Positions 62,057-64,000 of a stretch of 64,000 nucleotides of DNA are shown in pieces. Source of the stretch: an uncultured cyanobacterium (lineage in GTDB: Bacteria > Cyanobacteriota > Cyanobacteriia > Cyanobacteriales > CAWUOF01); contig CAVUSO010000001.1 in assembly GCA_963744145.1 (NCBI GenBank), positions 6,080,001-6,144,000 of the forward strand. Direction: 5' to 3'. The notes beneath the pieces are model-generated. The model was not told the DNA's origin. It made no database searches and worked only from the letters and a program-made list of their open reading frames with translations. The first letter of the stretch is position 1. The number at the start of each line of letters is the position of its first letter. The position numbers and the translations under genes are program-made.

Positions 62057-62839
62057 TTAACCGACTACATGAATCGGACCATCAACACTACCACTAAAAA
62101 ATTGCCGAATCAGAGGATTATCAGTTTCATCGATTTCATTAATACGACCTTCCCACTGGATCTGGCCTTGATAAAGCAAGACAATGCGATCGGCAGTACG
62201 ACGAATGGTACTATCTTGATGAGTAACTATGGTATAAGTACCACAACAACTCTCTGCAAATTGCAATTCGCGAATTAAATCTTCAATTACCGTCGAAGCA
62301 ATTGGGTCTAAACCAGCAGTAGGTTCATCATAAAGGAGAACTTGGGCATTATGCTGAGGTTCTTCTGGATTGGTCATAATTGCACGAGCAAAACTGACCC
62401 GTTTACGCATTCCTCCAGATAACTGAGCGGGATAGCGATCGCCAATATCTGGTAATCCTACCATAGTTAGTTTTTCATTTACCAACTCGCGAATGCGCCG
62501 ACGGGGTAATTTTGAATACTGGTAAAGTAAAAAACCAATATTTTCTTCAACAGTGAGAGAATCAAACAAAGCTGCTTGTTGAAATACCATCCCAATGCTA
62601 ATGGGATCAGATATATCATCTACCCATCCCCGTCTTCTTTGTCCCATGACATAAACATCACCAGCATCTGGAGCTAACAAACCAGCGATAACACGTAGAA
62701 TCGTGGATTTTCCAGTGCCCGAAGGACCAATAATCGCTAGTGCTTCTCCCTGTTGAATCGTTAGGTTTACCTCGTTTAATACCAACTTACCACCAAACAA
62801 CTTACAAATACCTTTCAGTTCAATTAATGGCTTAGACAT
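62057..62839 (-). CDS. mlaF: MlaF/TGD3-type ABC ATP-binding protein
   Basis: GPSGTGKS, LSGGMRKRV, YDEPTAGLDP. Confidence 0.88.
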   Translation of the reverse strand: MSKPLIELKGICKLFGGKLVLNEVNLTIQQGEALAIIGPSGTGKSTILRVIAGLLAPDAGDVYVMGQRRRGWVDDISDPISIGMVFQQAALFDSLTVEENIGFLLYQYSKLPRRRIRELVNEKLTMVGLPDIGDRYPAQLSGGMRKRVSFARAIMTNPEEPQHNAQVLLYDEPTAGLDPIASTVIEDLIRELQFAESCCGTYTIVTHQDSTIRRTADRIVLLYQGQIQWEGRINEIDETDNPLIRQFFSGSVDGPIHVVG

Positions 62840-63425
62840 AGTTAGCGCAATTTTTGTCTAAAATTAAAGAGGAAAGCTCTCTAATGAAACTTGCGGATTA
62901 TTTGAATTGAGGGAAGTATATCTTAATTACATCTAGTTTCAGGGTCAAACTGTCTAGAAATTGTCAATTTATCTGGTCAAACTGAATTTCACCTAGAAGA
63001 AAGATGGGGAAAAATGGTTAAATCGTGATCAGATCCTGAGCCAATAGCTATAATATGTATATATACTTATCAGATGGTTAACCAACCAGGTTTCCGGAAT
63101 GGATCTAGTCGCCAACGGAATTAAATAACAGGAGTAGGGAATAGAAGAGCAAAAATCTAGATCATTCTCTCGCTCAGATCTCAGACACTTAACCATTAGG
63201 GCTACAGGAGTCTTGAAAATGCTTACAGTTAAAGGCAAAGTGAGTCCCGTAAGAACTAAATATGGTCAATAATTTATCTCCGTGATGGTTAAAATGATGC
63301 CGTAGGGGCAGATTGCCATACACCCTTACCACATTTTTCCATATCATCGCTCCTGATAGAGGCGATCGGATCAGAATTAGAGTGAAATCATGTAAATTGC
63401 CTATACCTCCTGGCCAAAATCAGCC

Positions 63426-64000
63426 ATGTCAATCGGGTTACTAAAACAAGCTCTACGTACCCTTAAGTACGAATCGCGCAGTCGCACCCCCCATCGAGTC
63501 AACCAATGGTTTAAATGGCTAGCACCTGGATTATTTGTCAAACGCTGGTTAATTCTCATCGTTGGTGGTGTCATGATCAGTCTGCTGGGATTAGCAATCT
63601 GGATTAGACTCACACCTATTTATAGAGTAATTCAGTTGATTGAAACGCTGTTGGGAACAATTACCAGCATTATCCCTAACCATATCAGCGGTCCGGCGGT
63701 ATTTATCGTAGGAATTCTCTTATTAGTTTGGGGACAAAGTCGGACTGTTAACTCGATTAGTAAAGTCTTGCGACCTGGTGGTGATCAAGAACTGGTTGAT
63801 GTGTTGTTAAATCATCGTCGCTTAAATCGAGGACCAAAAATCGTGGCGATCGGTGGTGGGACGGGTCTATCTACCTTGTTGCGTGGGTTAAAAGAATTTA
63901 GCGCCAATATTACCGCGATCGTAACTGTAGCTGATGATGGTGGTTCTTCAGGAAGACTGAGAAGGGAAATTGGTGTCCTTCCACCAGGAGATATTCGCAA
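63426..64000 (+). CDS. YvcK/CofD-related (gluconeogenesis factor) protein, runs off the window
   Basis: Not in the ORF track because there is no stop; reads ...[50 protein letters not shown]. Confidence 0.92.
   Translation, partial: MSIGLLKQALRTLKYESRSRTPHRVNQWFKWLAPGLFVKRWLILIVGGVMISLLGLAIWIRLTPIYRVIQLIETLLGTITSIIPNHISGPAVFIVGILLLVWGQSRTVNSISKVLRPGGDQELVDVLLNHRRLNRGPKIVAIGGGTGLSTLLRGLKEFSANITAIVTVADDGGSSGRLRREIGVLPPGDIR

Noticed and set aside
62840..63425. ncRNA or small gene in the mlaF-yvcK gap
   Set aside because: No recognisable RNA motif or convincing ORF; probably divergent promoters plus a REP-like remnant near 63302
354..64000. Numerous 60-110 aa ORFs antisense to or nested in real genes (e.g. 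354-539, 7443-7769, 13843-14079, 22454-22744, 45281-45571, 63401-63613, 63812-64000)
   Set aside because: Shadow frames of well-supported genes with no recognisable motifs
1..64000. High GCGATCGC frequency as a novel repeat
   Set aside because: This is the well-known cyanobacterial HIP1

Overview
Chromosomal window from an AT-rich, HIP1 (GCGATCGC)-rich filamentous cyanobacterium, probably non-heterocystous (inferred from a fused patU and general gene content). It has two parts. (1) About 0-20.6 kb is an accessory/defence-type region. It holds three Uma2 nucleases, an intact HipA-like kinase + HIRAN operon, a 1.2-kaa orphan divergent SF2 helicase, a C5 methyltransferase whose NotI-like endonuclease is internally deleted, several toxin-antitoxin modules, a complete ISL3 with 26-bp IRs and an 8-bp target duplication, nested MITE/REP-like repeats and several gene stumps. 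The strongest pattern here is that four unrelated addiction modules (R-M, RelE-type, AbiE-type, VapBC-type) each keep an intact protective gene while the toxic gene is cut to a stump. (2) About 20.6-64 kb is mostly core genes: NTT-HEAT/cNMP pair, infC, amiC-murI-sds, hetZ-patU, accD, psbV-psbV2-petJ, queD, uvrB, lepB, rpe, proA, mlaFD, yvcK-like. Oddities in this part are a cyanoexosortase lacking its catalytic Cys/His, an eroded CBS-PAS-Hpt hybrid kinase inside the psbV2-petJ cluster, a sigma / HTH-NB-ARC / kinase-TPR module, and paired DnaA-box-like motifs. No rRNA, tRNA or CRISPR array was recognised. All family calls come from motif recognition by eye; no searches were run.
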